DNA of 64,000 nucleotides. It comes from Lingula anatina. Its lineage: Eukaryota > Animalia > Brachiopoda. The position numbers and the translations under genes were made by a program. This document shows, one piece after another, positions 51,455 through 64,000 of this stretch. The stretch lies in assembly GCA_051362555.1 (NCBI GenBank), contig CM120641.1, positions 34,168,401-34,232,400 of the forward strand. Direction: 5' to 3'. Every line of letters begins with the position of its first letter. The stretch's first letter is position 1. A model generated the notes under the pieces. The model saw nothing but the letters and a program-made list of their open reading frames with translations. It did not search any database and was not told the origin of the DNA.

Positions 51455-53509
51455 ATGTCAGTAGAGGAAAACCACAAAAACCTGAATTTAGCCTTCAAGG
51501 GTCTCAGAGAAATGCCAGAAAAGGTGACAAAGCAACATGGACTAGTTGTCGAGATGCTTGATGTGTCTAATAATAAAATATCATATCCTTGACCTTCAAA
51601 GTTATGAATGAGAAGGAAAAAATGTGAACCCCTACGTACTTGTACATGTACATGTGTATAACATTGAAATGTACTGGTACATGTACAGTATGTGGAATTT
51701 AAGTTACAGTTGTTAATATTTTAGATCAATATAATCCATGAATATTAGTATGTAATGATTCTGTGGATGAAACTGAATATTTGAAATGTTGTATTACGAG
51801 TTCACAAAATGGAATAGTGTATTGTTTGTTGAGATAAAACCAGTGCTGTTATCGATGGTTCCCTTATCTAAATCATAATTAAGACTGGCAGTGCACTGAA
51901 AAATATATATTGATTATAGAAAATCCACAAACTTTCTAGTTCAAAGGCTACTGTTAGCTTTTCCTTAATTTTAGCAAAGATTTCAGGTTTCTTTCAAATT
52001 TTCCAAACCTACATACATTGGTGGTAGACCACAATGGGCTGCAGTCTCATGTAAAGTTCCCCACTTCAGAGGGCATCCAAACACTATGGGCCAATCACAA
52101 CAAGATAGCTAATCTCAGTGAGTATTGCTGTGGCCCCAAAACAATGGTCATTTTTTACTGTTAGAACTATATATAATGGTGATAGGGGTTGGATTTTTGA
52201 TTAAGATCCTTAATGATGGCTCATGATGGAATTGCAAATTTTTATTGAAGATATTGTTTTAAGAATGTACTTCCTTGGTGTATGACAATTTATAGCTGTG
52301 TGCAACATGTTATTCATTTAGCTTATGCATAGATTTTGGATTAAGACAAAATTTTAAAAGGAAGTGGTTTTTAATAAGATGTGAATTTATCTATTAAAAT
52401 ATTGATCTTTTGTTATTTTTTAGAACCTTTATTTATATTATCATAATGTGGAAGGGTGCACATTTATAAGGTTTCCTAGTTGAGACAGTTGTTTTGGATT
52501 TCAACTTAGTTTTTAAAGCAAATAATGTTCATCCATTTATATTTTCCTTTACAGGTGTTTTTATTGAAACAATTACCAAGAGCTTTCCTGAACTTCGTTT
52601 TTTAAGTTTGATGAACAACCCAGCTGCTCCAAGTTACTTTAATGGTGGAACACTTCAGCAGTATATGGATTACAGGTAAGTAACATTTATCACAAAAGTT
52701 AACAAGACAGAGGCTTGAACTGGTTCATAAGATATGCTCTTTGATGCTTGGCACTTATTTTAAATGTTGAATATAACTTGAATATAATATGGCAAAAAAA
52801 AAGATAATAATAATAGTAAAATAAAGGCAATAATTTGTAATTTATGTAAATATTTTTGTGTACTTCATATTCTTTTTCTTTTTCAAAGTGACTGTATCTG
52901 GGTTCATTTTAGATACTTTGTCATCAGTCATTTTCCAAAGTTGGAATTTCTGGACGACCAACCAGTAACAAAGGAACAAAGAGAAGAAGCCATCAGGATA
53001 TATGGTTTGCACAATACAGGGCCTGATAAAAAAGTAAGTTTTATTTTCTTGTTCATTTTATGCTGAAAAGCTTATGTCTCTGAACAAATTTCTTTGATTC
53101 ATTTACAGGTCTGATAATTTTTTTTAATTAATTTTTTTAGAAGACTAGAAATACCTTATCACTATTAAAAGTGGATCTTTTTTCAGTGTCAAAATTTTTA
53201 ATGCTAATTTAAAAAATGGACTACAAACATAATATTTCTTTATCCAAAAGACTACAAACAGATTAAGGGCTGGTCCAGAAAACCATCGCCAGCAAAAGAT
53301 TCTTAAAGTATTTTTGTTAAACTTCCCGTGTGTTTGAAATTGAGAATTAACAAATTAACAGGGATGATATTTAGGATGGCTGAAGCAAATTAGTTTCACC
53401 AACAGTTTTCTGGAATGATGATACCATGGATGCATTCATTTTTTTTTCTTTTCAGGCAAACAAGGCCAAGAGAAAATCATCTAAACCAAAACTACAGGAA
53501 TCCACATGA
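51455..53509 (+). CDS. LRMDA: LRMDA (C10orf11)-like short leucine-rich-repeat protein
   Basis: Exons 51455-51582, ~51978-52117, 52555-52675, 52913-53033, 53456-53509. SDS22-type LRRs plus LRR-cap ([16 protein letters not shown]...[23 protein letters not shown]). First coding intron is U12-type. Could be an LRMDA paralog rather than the ortholog. Confidence 0.82.
51583..51977 (+). other. U12-type (minor spliceosome) intron, 5' AT with probable non-canonical AA 3' end
   Basis: 5' site ATATCCTT at 51583; branch sequence TTCCTTAAT at 51961-51969; no AC in range. In-frame 3' ends possible at 51974 (AG), 51977 (AA) or 51986 (AG); only 51977 preserves the 22-aa LRR register. Confidence 0.8.
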
Positions 53510-54536
53510 TACCAATTAGATTAATATTGAGATGAGCACCACATTTACTGCATTTTTTTCCTCAGCATTTTATTTAATTGTACTGTGTAAAGATAGCAAT
53601 TTATTTGTTCAAAATATTTATATATTTAAAAATTCCAGATGAAAATCATTTATAAATGTTTTAAATTGTAACATTGGTGCTCTAAACATTTTCAAATTCA
53701 TCAGTTTTTTGTAATATTTTATGATACTCTTGAGGTGAATGTTTTACCAATGGCAAAAAGCCATGGGGTATTTGTGATAATGACAAACATAAGAGATGCA
53801 GGTATAATCCATAGGGTTCATTTGTGCCTCTGGCTCACTATATTTGATAGTGCAGTCTTGATTTTTATGTAAAAAAGATCTGTTTAAATTAAATGATCAT
53901 TTATGTGAGTGTGATCTCATATGATTATCATTCATTATTCTTACACTTAACTGTGTATTGATGTAGCTGCCACATTAATTGTGAACTTTTGAAAGTTCTT
54001 CAGATTTATTAAATTATTAGGTTTATAAAAAAAAAATCTCACCATTTATAACTCTAATGCTTCAATCTCGTATAACTTAATGTGCTTATGGAAAAGAAAA
54101 AATGTATTTATGTAAAATATTTATTTTAGATACATTATTTTCATTTCACAGTTTAGACCTTTACTATTTACAAAGCTGTTTGTACATAAATTAGGTCTAG
54201 TTATAACTATTTCACAATGAAATAAAAAGCAAGTATACACTCAATGGCCAAACAAATTGGTCATGTAGGCAGAAAGTAGTTGTTTCGTCCCAAATTCTCA
54301 ATAAAACTATTGTTTACAAATCGACCATCCAGTTTGTTGCATAGTTATTTCTAGTCAATGATGTGAATGTTTATTGAGACTTCACATTCTGATGACGAGC
54401 TTTTGCTTGCTTTACTTTACATTATTAAATATATAGTGTGTGAAGAGGACCCATCATAACATTAGGATTATGTCTGGTGTCAAAGGTCAGTTTAACTTGA
54501 AATGTCTGGTGCCATCTAGTTCTATGTAGTTCTAGT

Positions 54537-57500
54537 TCACATGGGGATTTCATAGACATGTACAGCTTTGTCATCAGACACTGATACTATTCTGGTTCCA
54601 GCATTGTTGTACTTTGCACACCACACCTGAAATAAAAAAAAAAGAATTTAAAAAGAAATCAATAAATTAGAGTCAACAAACTTTTCCTAGCTTCACCATC
54701 TGGAGCCAAGAAAAAAATTGTAGGAACTAAAACTATTTAAGAAAAAAAAATCTTCCATCTTTCCAAAATGTTATCACCTAAGACTTGCAGAAATTTTACA
54801 GTCCAATGTGTTTTCAATATAAGATCAAAGACAATTTTTATCATGTGAATAACAAAAATAATCACACCCACCTGTTCTAGATGGTCGTAATATGTGTGTG
54901 TACACTGCCTTTGAGCTGTATCCCAAACTTTAACAGTCTTATCTGATGAACTACAAATGTGCCAACAATCATTATTATGAATGGATTCAATCTGTATTAA
55001 AACAAAGGCATTTACTGGATCACTGTAATCAGCTTTGCAATGGACAATAGCTTTAATAGCACTTAATTTTTGCCTAAGCATACAGATGCACTTAAATCTT
55101 GGTAAAAAATAATGTAACAAATTGTTTTTCCTACCGATTTGATTTCATACTGACAGAATCACGCTTTAAACTATTCCTTCAATTTTTAATACGCACCATG
55201 AGACAAAGTGGCAGTTGTCCGGAGAAAATGCTACATTAAGAACCCAAGATCCATGCCCTGATAATGTGCCTGCTAAGTTTGCATGTTGACTAAAAATGAA
55301 ATTTAAGGTATATAAAAGATGCTGGTGAAAAAACAAAAATAGACCAAAAAAAATCACTACTCAATTTAAAGTGTTTGTATACCAAAGTGTCTTGGCAGGT
55401 GTTAATCTTTATAATCAAAATATTATGATATGATATTATTAAACAATATAAGTCTTTTCATTCCCCTCCCATTATTTATTGTGGAGGGCAGTGCACTTGA
55501 CATGTTTAATTGATTTATCTCATTGATGACATCAAACTGTTCAATCACCTTAGTATAGTGGTCTATGATATTTTCAAAATTCTATAAAGTCTGAATTCAA
55601 CTATACAAATTTTATTTTCATAGTCGATATCAAGAGCTGTCAAACTTACACATCATATATTTTTATGTGACTGTCATCTGAAGCAGTCACCAACAGTTGA
55701 GAATCTGGTGAGAAGCACAGGGACCTTATAGGCATAGCATGACCTGCAAATGTTAACTTGGATTAAATCTATATCTTTAGAAAAACAAAACATAATGAAG
55801 CTTAATTTGGTCCCAGGCTATCTTTTGTTGTTTTAACCAAATTCAAAAACAAGAATATGCTAAACTAATAAAATTGAATGCACTATGTTACCTATTGGTG
55901 AGCAATTTTTTATGAACTTCAAAATGCTATTAATAGAAACGGCAATCTATGTAATTGACAAAACAATGTTGTACTTTACCTTCTAATGTGTGAATAAGTT
56001 TTCCTGATTTGACATCAAAAATATTTACAATACCATCTATGCTACCGCTGGCAATGAATTTTCCATCTGGACTCTACAAAGGAAGAAAATCAATTTTAAA
56101 TAAGGTTTATCTTCACATTATGATAAATTAAGTTTTGGTAAAAGTACATCAATTTTATTGATCTCAATAAATCAGTGCTATGGCAATTTTAAAGTGTTTA
56201 CACACACCACATCATTAAGAAAAGCTATTTTATGTTAAAATAAAAACCAATTCATTCTTTACTCCATACAGCAAACAACCACTTACATATGCTACACTAA
56301 ATGTGAATTTTCCTCTTGTATCCAGGCTCCCTTCTTTGATCCCACTTTCTACACCAAATATGTTAATTTTCCCTGTGTGACTACCTGAGGCAAGGTATTT
56401 GGAGTCGGGAGAGAAACAAATGGTCCAGGCATCCACTAAAATGAAGTTCAATACCATTTGTGAAAATGGATTAAATATTTTATTAAAAATACGAGTTAAG
56501 AATGTGATAAACTATGCATTAATTAGAAATATGAAACAAAAATTACATAATGCTGTTTGAAGTTAAACATCAAATGGGTATTTTAGAAATGGACACCTTA
56601 AAGAGAAAAACTTGTTGGGGCATTTATGCACATGGGGCATTTGTTCAATCAACCTTTGTCAGATGTTGGGCATATAAAGTTTTCAATCAAACATTTTCCC
56701 CACATACCTGGCCCAGCATCTACAGATTTAAGTAATTTTCCAGACTCAATATCCCACAGCTTGAGATGACTGTCCAAGCTACTTGATGCACCAACTGAAC
56801 ACCAGTCAAGGAATGTGTACATAAATAAATCATGCTGATTTTGACAGAAATTGACCAGTATTTCATTATTTAATTCTTACATACAATCAAATACCACAAA
56901 GAAGAGATACCACAGTAGGGAAGGCTGTAAATGCACAATTATTATAACCAACTTTTTCCAAGACTAAGGACAACTAATCATGTAAAAAAAAAAGTACTTG
57001 TAAAGGATACTTGTACCAGAAGCATTCAAATCTACAGACACCACTCCCAACTGGTGTCCCTCTAATTCATGCCTTAGTTCTAATTTGTCACCAGTCCTGC
57101 AATGCAAATATATACATATACCACAGTGCTGTGTCACACTGTTTCTATATACCATACTGTTTATACTGTGCATTTTCTAATGTGAAAAACACAACTTTTA
57201 AGATGAAAAGACTGCATATCATTATGGTAATATACTTTAAAAATAGAGACAATTTTACATTTCCATTCATTCAAACAATGTATTCAATCTTTTTTATTTT
57301 GTTCATACCTTGCAAAATTCACTTATTGATGACTCTCTTTATCTCCATATCTATTTATTTCCATACCAAAACTTCAAACCACAATGTTTTCATTACATCT
57401 AATGCATCCAGACTGTTTTATACAAGACAAATATATGTATGTCACTAATGTCAGTCAAAAATCTGTTTTGTCTGTTTGCTGCTTATATCAGTTTGTCTGT

Positions 57501-58661
57501 ATTAAGATATATATATGTCTTACCATGTCCATACTTTAACTTGGTCATCAACTGAGCCAGTGATGATGTTATCTGAAGAATCCTGGTCACTTCTTGCCCA
57601 TGCACAGCTCCAAATACTGTCTTCATGAGCTGGAAAATTGGAAATAAATAAATTAATATAATAGCTTCAGTGGAAAAAATAAACAGAAAAGCACTGCTCT
57701 GTTTACAAGAAGTCTATTTTCTAAAAATCTATTTTCTATTCGGGGTATCTGGTGATCACGGAAGTAACTGGCTCGCGCTGCCAGTAATTACGCGGGATAT
57801 TCAGGGTACAGACCGTGATCACAAGATACCGCGAATAGAAAATAGATTTTTAGAAAATAGACTTTCCATGTGAATGGTCCTGAAGATTGTTTTCTTTTCC
57901 AGTAATGATCTAGCAATAACTAATATAGTTTGGGATTTAATTATGGAAAAAATCCATTATGTCTACATATCTCCATTATCCAATTACAATTAGTCTCAGT
58001 TTAAAATTATTTAGACTGAATGGCAGCACAAAAATGTAAGAAATAAATATATAAAATAGATATGCATAGCTCAAACAGCAAATAACCACCTACCATTCTC
58101 CTGCTTGAACATTAACGAATACTGAAAAGATAAATATACCCATTGATACAAATTTATTTAAAAAGCACGAAAAGCATCACATAATTAAACCAATATAAAT
58201 CACTGTTTTATTTTAAGGCATACATGCAATATGCACATATACTGTTTTAAATCTCTGTGTGAATTCAAAAGGTACAAATTGAAATTGAAATTTAAATCAA
58301 TTTTGCTGGGTATGCACTCTTGTAATAAATATCTGTCCTAGAATCCTGACGCTCTGTTAAAAAAACAGTTACTTATTATGCATTGAGTACTGAAAAGAAA
58401 GGTCCACTGTCCTTCAATCCCCTCAAACGTAATGCAACTGAATACACAACTCTGCAGACAGTGAAGATTACGACTGTTTCAACCGGCAAATACTCAAACA
58501 AAATTAAGTAAAAGTCTCACACTGATGATCATTTTACTTCAACTTCAAATATACCTAGCAATTCTTTAAATTATAGACAGAGGCTTCCATCGATAAGAGA
58601 TCACTTTAGTCCAAAGAGTATAAGATAAGCAGAAACGAAAGCTTGCATGGATACTCACCAT
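54537..58661 (-). CDS. WDR61: WD-repeat protein 61 / Ski8 (SKI and PAF1 complexes)
   Basis: Eleven coding exons from an ATG-only exon (58659-58661) to TGA at 54537-54539. Sequence [21 protein letters not shown]..., [59 protein letters not shown] matches WDR61 closely. Confidence 0.96.
56795..57010 (-). other. U12-type GT-AG intron in WDR61
   Basis: 5' site GTATCCTTT (57010 downward); branch TTCCTTGAC (56805-56813) about 11 nt from the CAG; no polypyrimidine tract; splicing restores GTIGASSSLD. Confidence 0.9.
57710..57864. mobile_element. Hairpin MITE-like element in a WDR61 intron
   Basis: ~50-bp inverted arms AAGTCTATTTTCTAAAAATCTATTTTCTATTCG...GTGATCACGG and CCGTGATCAC...CGAATAGAAAATAGATTTTTAGAAAATAGACTT. 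Confidence 0.75.
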
Positions 58662-59164
58662 GTTGGATGTTCTTTTGATCTCGTTTAAGTCTCGCGTACA
58701 ACAGATATAAACAGAGGGATTAAATTGGAGGAAATAGTACAATCGTTATGATTTAGGTATCTTAAAATACACATGAATATCGTTTGAATTGATAATTGTC
58801 TATATATAATAGGAAGAAAAGCTGTAAATCAAAATAAACCACTTACTTGTGCATGATGGGAACAAGTGTTTAAACATGGAGGACGGTGGATGTCAACAAA
58901 CCAATATCACCGAATTTTAGTGTTTTTCATAACGCTGTCAGATAAGTGAAGCGTGTTTTCTGTGAGTTTTAAATATCTGAAATTGAATACTTTAAATTTT
59001 TGTACTTTTGCTCAGTGGATTTTTTGTTTCATTGCAAGTATGACGACTTTTAATTTGAAAAAGTCAATCTTTGCCTTGGATACAGTGTAGGGCTACTGAT
59101 CCTGTATTTGTAACTAGTGGCCACAAGTTTCTTAGATTACAACATCAATCAACCGGAAAATACG
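58662..59164. promoter_or_regulatory. Probable bidirectional promoter WDR61 / TTC23-like
   Basis: Start codons diverge only ~500 bp apart; candidate TTC23 5' UTR intron donor near 58962. Confidence 0.55.
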
Positions 59165-62100
59165 ATGGATGCAGATAATGTGTTAATGCCTATAGTCGAA
59201 GTTCCAAGTGAATCCAGTTTTGGCCGTCCAGATAGTGCCAATACACAGAATGATGAGTTATCATCATACAGAAGTGATGAAGAGTACAAGTAAGTAGACT
59301 AACTAAATGACTAAAATTTAAATAAAACATTTTTGCATGTTCATTGTTTGGCGTTGAAAGTTCTATTGTCAGTAAAAATGTAACCGCTTTCCCTCACCTC
59401 TTCCAAACAATTAACTAGAGTCTGTCCACATAATTGTAGAGCCTGTCCATATTTATTATTACTATCTATTACATATACTGGTATTTATTTTTAAATCTGA
59501 GACACATAGTTGCATCATATGTTTGACATTTGCTTGATGCTGATGCTTTAAAGACACAGTTGACAAGCTGACTCAAAAAATCGGAGATTAATGATACATG
59601 TTACTAGTATGATACCTATCACACCATACTAGTATTTTAACTGTTTACTACATGTAGGCTCCAAAGGTAGAGTAACTGTGTATATTATTTGTTTTGTTTT
59701 CTTTTTAAGAGTAAATATTTTACTTTTCCCCTTATTTTTTGTATTGCAGCACTGAAGAAGAATATGATGACGATCATGCTGGTACACCAACACCAAGGAG
59801 TAGTAGTGGGAAGAAAACAAAGAGACGGAGAACTCGAAGTAAGAAAAATGGAATAGACATGACTCCACCAGAAAAACTGTTGAGAAGGTCTGAAAAGAAG
59901 GCTAAGAAATACAAGGAAGAGAAAAAGGTGAGATGAAAAAGAGGGATTAAATTTTGTTTCAGATGTACATGTATAAGAATTGTAGGTATGTGATTTTGGA
60001 TCCACAAAAAATGGTATTGTAATATGTATTGATTTTGTTGTAGCTTATATTTAGTATCATTAAGTATTTGTTGTTAATACACACACACACACACATTAAA
60101 AAAATGTACAGATGCAGACAAAAACATGGTTGTACATCAGGTCTTTTACAGATATTTTGTCTTTCTTAGGCTGATAAAGCTATCACAGAATTGATACGGT
60201 GCACAGCTTTAGCTAGAATTGTACATGGGGACTCTCACTGGAAATATGCAGAAGCATACACAAACCTTGCTGAAGGATATTTTGAATTAAAAGGTGGGAT
60301 ATATTGGGTATGATATTTATATGAATTACCATTGTTAGAATCTTTTGTTATTAATTTTTAATGGATGTGGCATTTGAAATCAATTTGAATTTAAGTAATA
60401 CATAAAAATAATAGTATCAATAATTGAAAATCATTCCTTTATGCAAATGTGAAATTAAGTCTTTCTTTCTTTGATTGTTTGAAATATCAATCATATTATT
60501 TCCCATAATTTTGGGCTGACTAAATTATGTTTTAAATAAAAGTATTACATTATATTTATTTATTTATTTCAGGTTACACAGCCCAGGCACACTACCATTC
60601 AGAAAATGCCAAAAACATCATGCTGAGTGGAGTTCAGATGCCAAGCTCTCAGCGAGATAAAGCAAAGATCATGGAAGTCCTAGTCAAAACATACTACACC
60701 ATGGGCCGTGCACTTACAAAACTGAAAAAATATCCTTGAAAAAACATTTTTTAAAGGATGATATTAACCTAGCAAATTTTATAAGGATATGGCATTTAAC
60801 AGAATTGTGTTTTGTTTGATATTATTTATGTGTTAATTTGTATAGACTATTAGAGCCCAATTATTCAATTATTTCCAAACCCCTCTCTTGGCAACATGTG
60901 TAGCATGGAAATGTTTTATTTGATAGTAGAACAAGTAGTTTTCCAGACCATGTGACTCTGAAAAATTTTGTACAAAAGGGACCATTGTATTTAGAGGTGC
61001 TGTTATACTAGTTATTTTATAACAAGATAATTCCCTTAACATTTCATACATACACAGAAGCAGACCAAGCTCTACAGAGAGCAGAAAAAATAGCCCAAGA
61101 AAGAAGTAGGCTTCCAAATGTTAATTCTGATGACTGTGATGAAATGGATATCAAAATTTCTATTGCTCTTGGAAGGTATTATTCAGTAATAAAGTGTTTA
61201 CATAAGGTTATACCAAGGGTTTAGCCAGCTAGCTACCTTGCCGCCATTTGGACCACCTGTTTGAGCAGGCTGGCTGGACAACTTGTTAAAATTTTCAGTA
61301 GTATGTTAAATTAAAAAAAAAGCTTTAAAAGAATGAACCTCATTTTGCTCAAAGAATAATGTTACTAGGTGTTAATATATTGTTTATTTAATTTTAGATA
61401 GATTGATTGATTTTATAAACAGAATTAGTCAGATAAGATTTTTAGATTTCACCAGATTGTGTGTGACATATTTATTTCATTACACTTATTTTATATAGAC
61501 TGAATGGTGCTCAAGAGAAGGCAGCTTCTGCAACCTCCTACTTTGACAAGGCTATTGAACTGATAGAAAAACAGCATGGTAACGATAGCATCAGGTTAAT
61601 ATCAGTGTATCAGGACATAGGGAGGGTAAGTTCCTGAAGGTTTTATTCATGTCAATTGTATAATCATAACATTACTGAGTAAATAGGCATTTTGTTAAGG
61701 TTATCATTTAAAAACAATTATAAAATTAGACATTGGTTTGGCTATTAGAAAATTAATTCAGATATTGCATAATTTATTCAGTGATTAATATGCAATCTTA
61801 AAATGACACTGATCGATGCAGGAACTGATTTGTATTTTATTTGGATGAATATTTTTTAACCCTTTGCAAAATTGAAAATGATTTACATGACACATGTTTG
61901 AAAAACAGAAATTTTAAGTGTAATATATCCTGATCATGAGCACTGTTGATAAAATCATCTTTGTTGCTATGAAACATTCAGCAATGAGCACTTTTTTATA
62001 GGTGGAACAAAATAAGGGCAAACATGCCAATCATGACCGTGCCATTGAAATGTATTTGCAAGCACACTCCATTGCTGGGGCCAAGTAAGGATGATCCAGA

Positions 62101-64000
62101 TAGATTCTAATTATGTGTATTTTTAAATATTTAAATATTATAAAACTAAAGAATAAATTTTTTTCTGAGGGATTCTGGTACACTTATAAATATGGGGATA
62201 AGGTTAAAACATTTTTTAGTGAGAAGCAGAAATGAATATTTATTAGTAATTGATTCATAGATTTAGAGAATGATTTCACAATTATAGTATTTAATCTCTG
62301 TGAACTAAAATTACTCATTGTAAGCAGTTAGTATATAATTATTGATATTGGTATGATATAAGTCAGATTTTAAATTCAACTTTAGGATTTGACCAGTAGA
62401 ATACTTACTTCTTTTTTTACTTTAATTTACTTGCTGTTCACTCATTATGTAAATGTCATTTACAGTTATAGTGAAGGCACCCCAGAGCTGGCAGAGACTG
62501 CCAGGGCACTAGCTATGGCATATTCTAACACAGGAGATCCTGATGCTGAAAGTGAGTATGGAAGCTCTCACACCCAAGCATACACACAAACCCACATGCA
62601 AACTTGCTTCACAGAAACGTAGTGTGTCAACTTTACAACCAAGCACGCTGAATAATTGCCCTATCCTACATGGGTCCAAGCCCCAAGAAAAAAAAAAATT
62701 CACATTGTAGACACACCTTCCATTATGAAACCCTGATTAGTTACCTATTGCAATAAACCTCTTCATTTTGTAGGTGTACATTGAACATGTCATGTTATGA
62801 AATATATTGATATGATTAACCTTAAAATTCAGTCCTTCATATATTTTCATCTAAAACCAAAAGTTTAGCTTTCCAGTTTGACATATGGGAAATTTAAAGT
62901 AAGTTAACAATGTTTTAAAGTCTTTTTATGAAGCAAATATTTTAGAAGACATTAAATATAAAAAGAGAAAGACCTCTGATGCAAACAATTATCAGATCAT
63001 AGCTATTTTTTGTTTTTCTTTTTTAAAGAAAATTTTATTCCTCCTTTTCAGCCTCAGCAGAGAGTTACTTGAATGAAAGCCTAGCAGCCTACCAGTCCAT
63101 GTACGGACCAGAACATGTTCAGACCCTGGCAGTGCAAGATGATTTGGCAAGACTCATGATAAGAACTGAGAGAGAAGATGTTAGTATCATTACAAATACA
63201 GCAAAAAGCCTAGCAATCATAATCAGTAGATTTCTTCGGTCATTGTTCAATAGAATTGTAATAGATATATTTAATTAAACTATTTTAAGACATGTTTTCC
63301 AATTTAGTGTATAATTTATCAACACAACAATTAACAAAACATTTAGTGGATTAGAAGTGGCCTAAAAATATTATGTAAAAGTTTGAACATAAAAAGAATA
63401 CCTTACAGATATGGATGCAGCATTAGTATAATGGTAGAAAAAACTGCTAAACAAAACAAAAGAAAAACTTTAGCAGATAAGTTTAGAATCAAATTGCAAA
63501 ATGATAATTGAGGAGTTTATAATTAAATAGTGGGAAAGAACTTAAAGCTGGGCATGACTGAAATAACCTTGCTTATTCAGTTTAATAAAAGTATGTGACT
63601 TGAACGTTTTTGAAAGACATTTATCATAATCACTGTGTTGATCTTGTAAAAGAAATAAATAAATTACATTGAAAATGCATCTATATAAATTAGCTATGAT
63701 AGATAAAAAGCACCTGAGAGCTCAGCTTGTGTGCCTTCTTCAGGGGCTAAAATAAGAATCTTTCTTATTCAGATGTTTACAGTTTTTATATCCTAAGCAT
63801 TTAGGAAGAGTTTACTTGTACATTATTAAAGAACAATTCCAGGAATGCTAGCTCTACTCATATTTGTTTAGATATTTGATACTGTTTTATTTAGGAAGCA
63901 CTGTCTGTGCTCAGATCGACACTTTCATCCAAGACAGAGGTTTATGGAGAGTTTTCCGATGAGGTGGCAGATACTTACAAGTTAATTGGCTCAGTGCATC
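59165..64000 (+). CDS. TTC23: Tetratricopeptide repeat protein 23-like (3' end beyond the window)
   Basis: Exons approx 59165-59289, 59750-59927, 60171-60293, 60573-60729, 61050-61175, 61499-61625, 62002-62084, 62466-62552, 63051-63179, 63895-end. Motifs PEKLLRRSEKKAK and ELIRCTALARIVHGDSHWKYAEAYTNLAEGYFELKG...QA match TTC23/TTC23L. Confidence 0.9.
60730..61049 (+). other. U12-type AT-AC intron in TTC23-like gene
   Basis: 5' site ATATCCTT at 60730; branch TTCCCTTAAC at 61031-61040; AC at 61048-61049; splicing gives in-frame LTKLKKYTEADQALQRAE. Confidence 0.92.

Overview
AT-rich, intron-containing animal genomic DNA (invertebrate, probably lophotrochozoan/mollusc-like; inference). Nine protein-coding loci could be rebuilt by hand from splice sites and reading frame: two tandem LRRC74-like LRR+EF-hand genes (-), two tandem CCR4/PDE12/Angel-family EEP phosphohydrolase genes (-; the second has a 2-bp frameshift), a two-exon orphan multi-pass membrane protein with XK/TMEM26-like motifs and a furin/mucin/Cys-rich tail (+), DNAAF5 (-), an LRMDA-like gene (+), WDR61/SKIC8 (-) and a TTC23-like gene (+, runs off the window). 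An intron-containing tRNA-Leu(CAA) gene lies inside an LRRC74 intron. DNA transposon debris is abundant: a degenerate DD34E Tc1, a 3.8-kb long-TIR element with a nested Tc1 remnant, Harbinger-like and hAT-like MITEs, hairpin elements and a 20-bp palindrome flanked by a 7-bp duplication. The most striking signal is that three consecutive genes (LRMDA-like, WDR61, TTC23-like) each carry a minor-spliceosome (U12) intron, with three different terminal types: probable AT-AA, GT-AG and AT-AC. All gene names come from motif recognition, not database searches.
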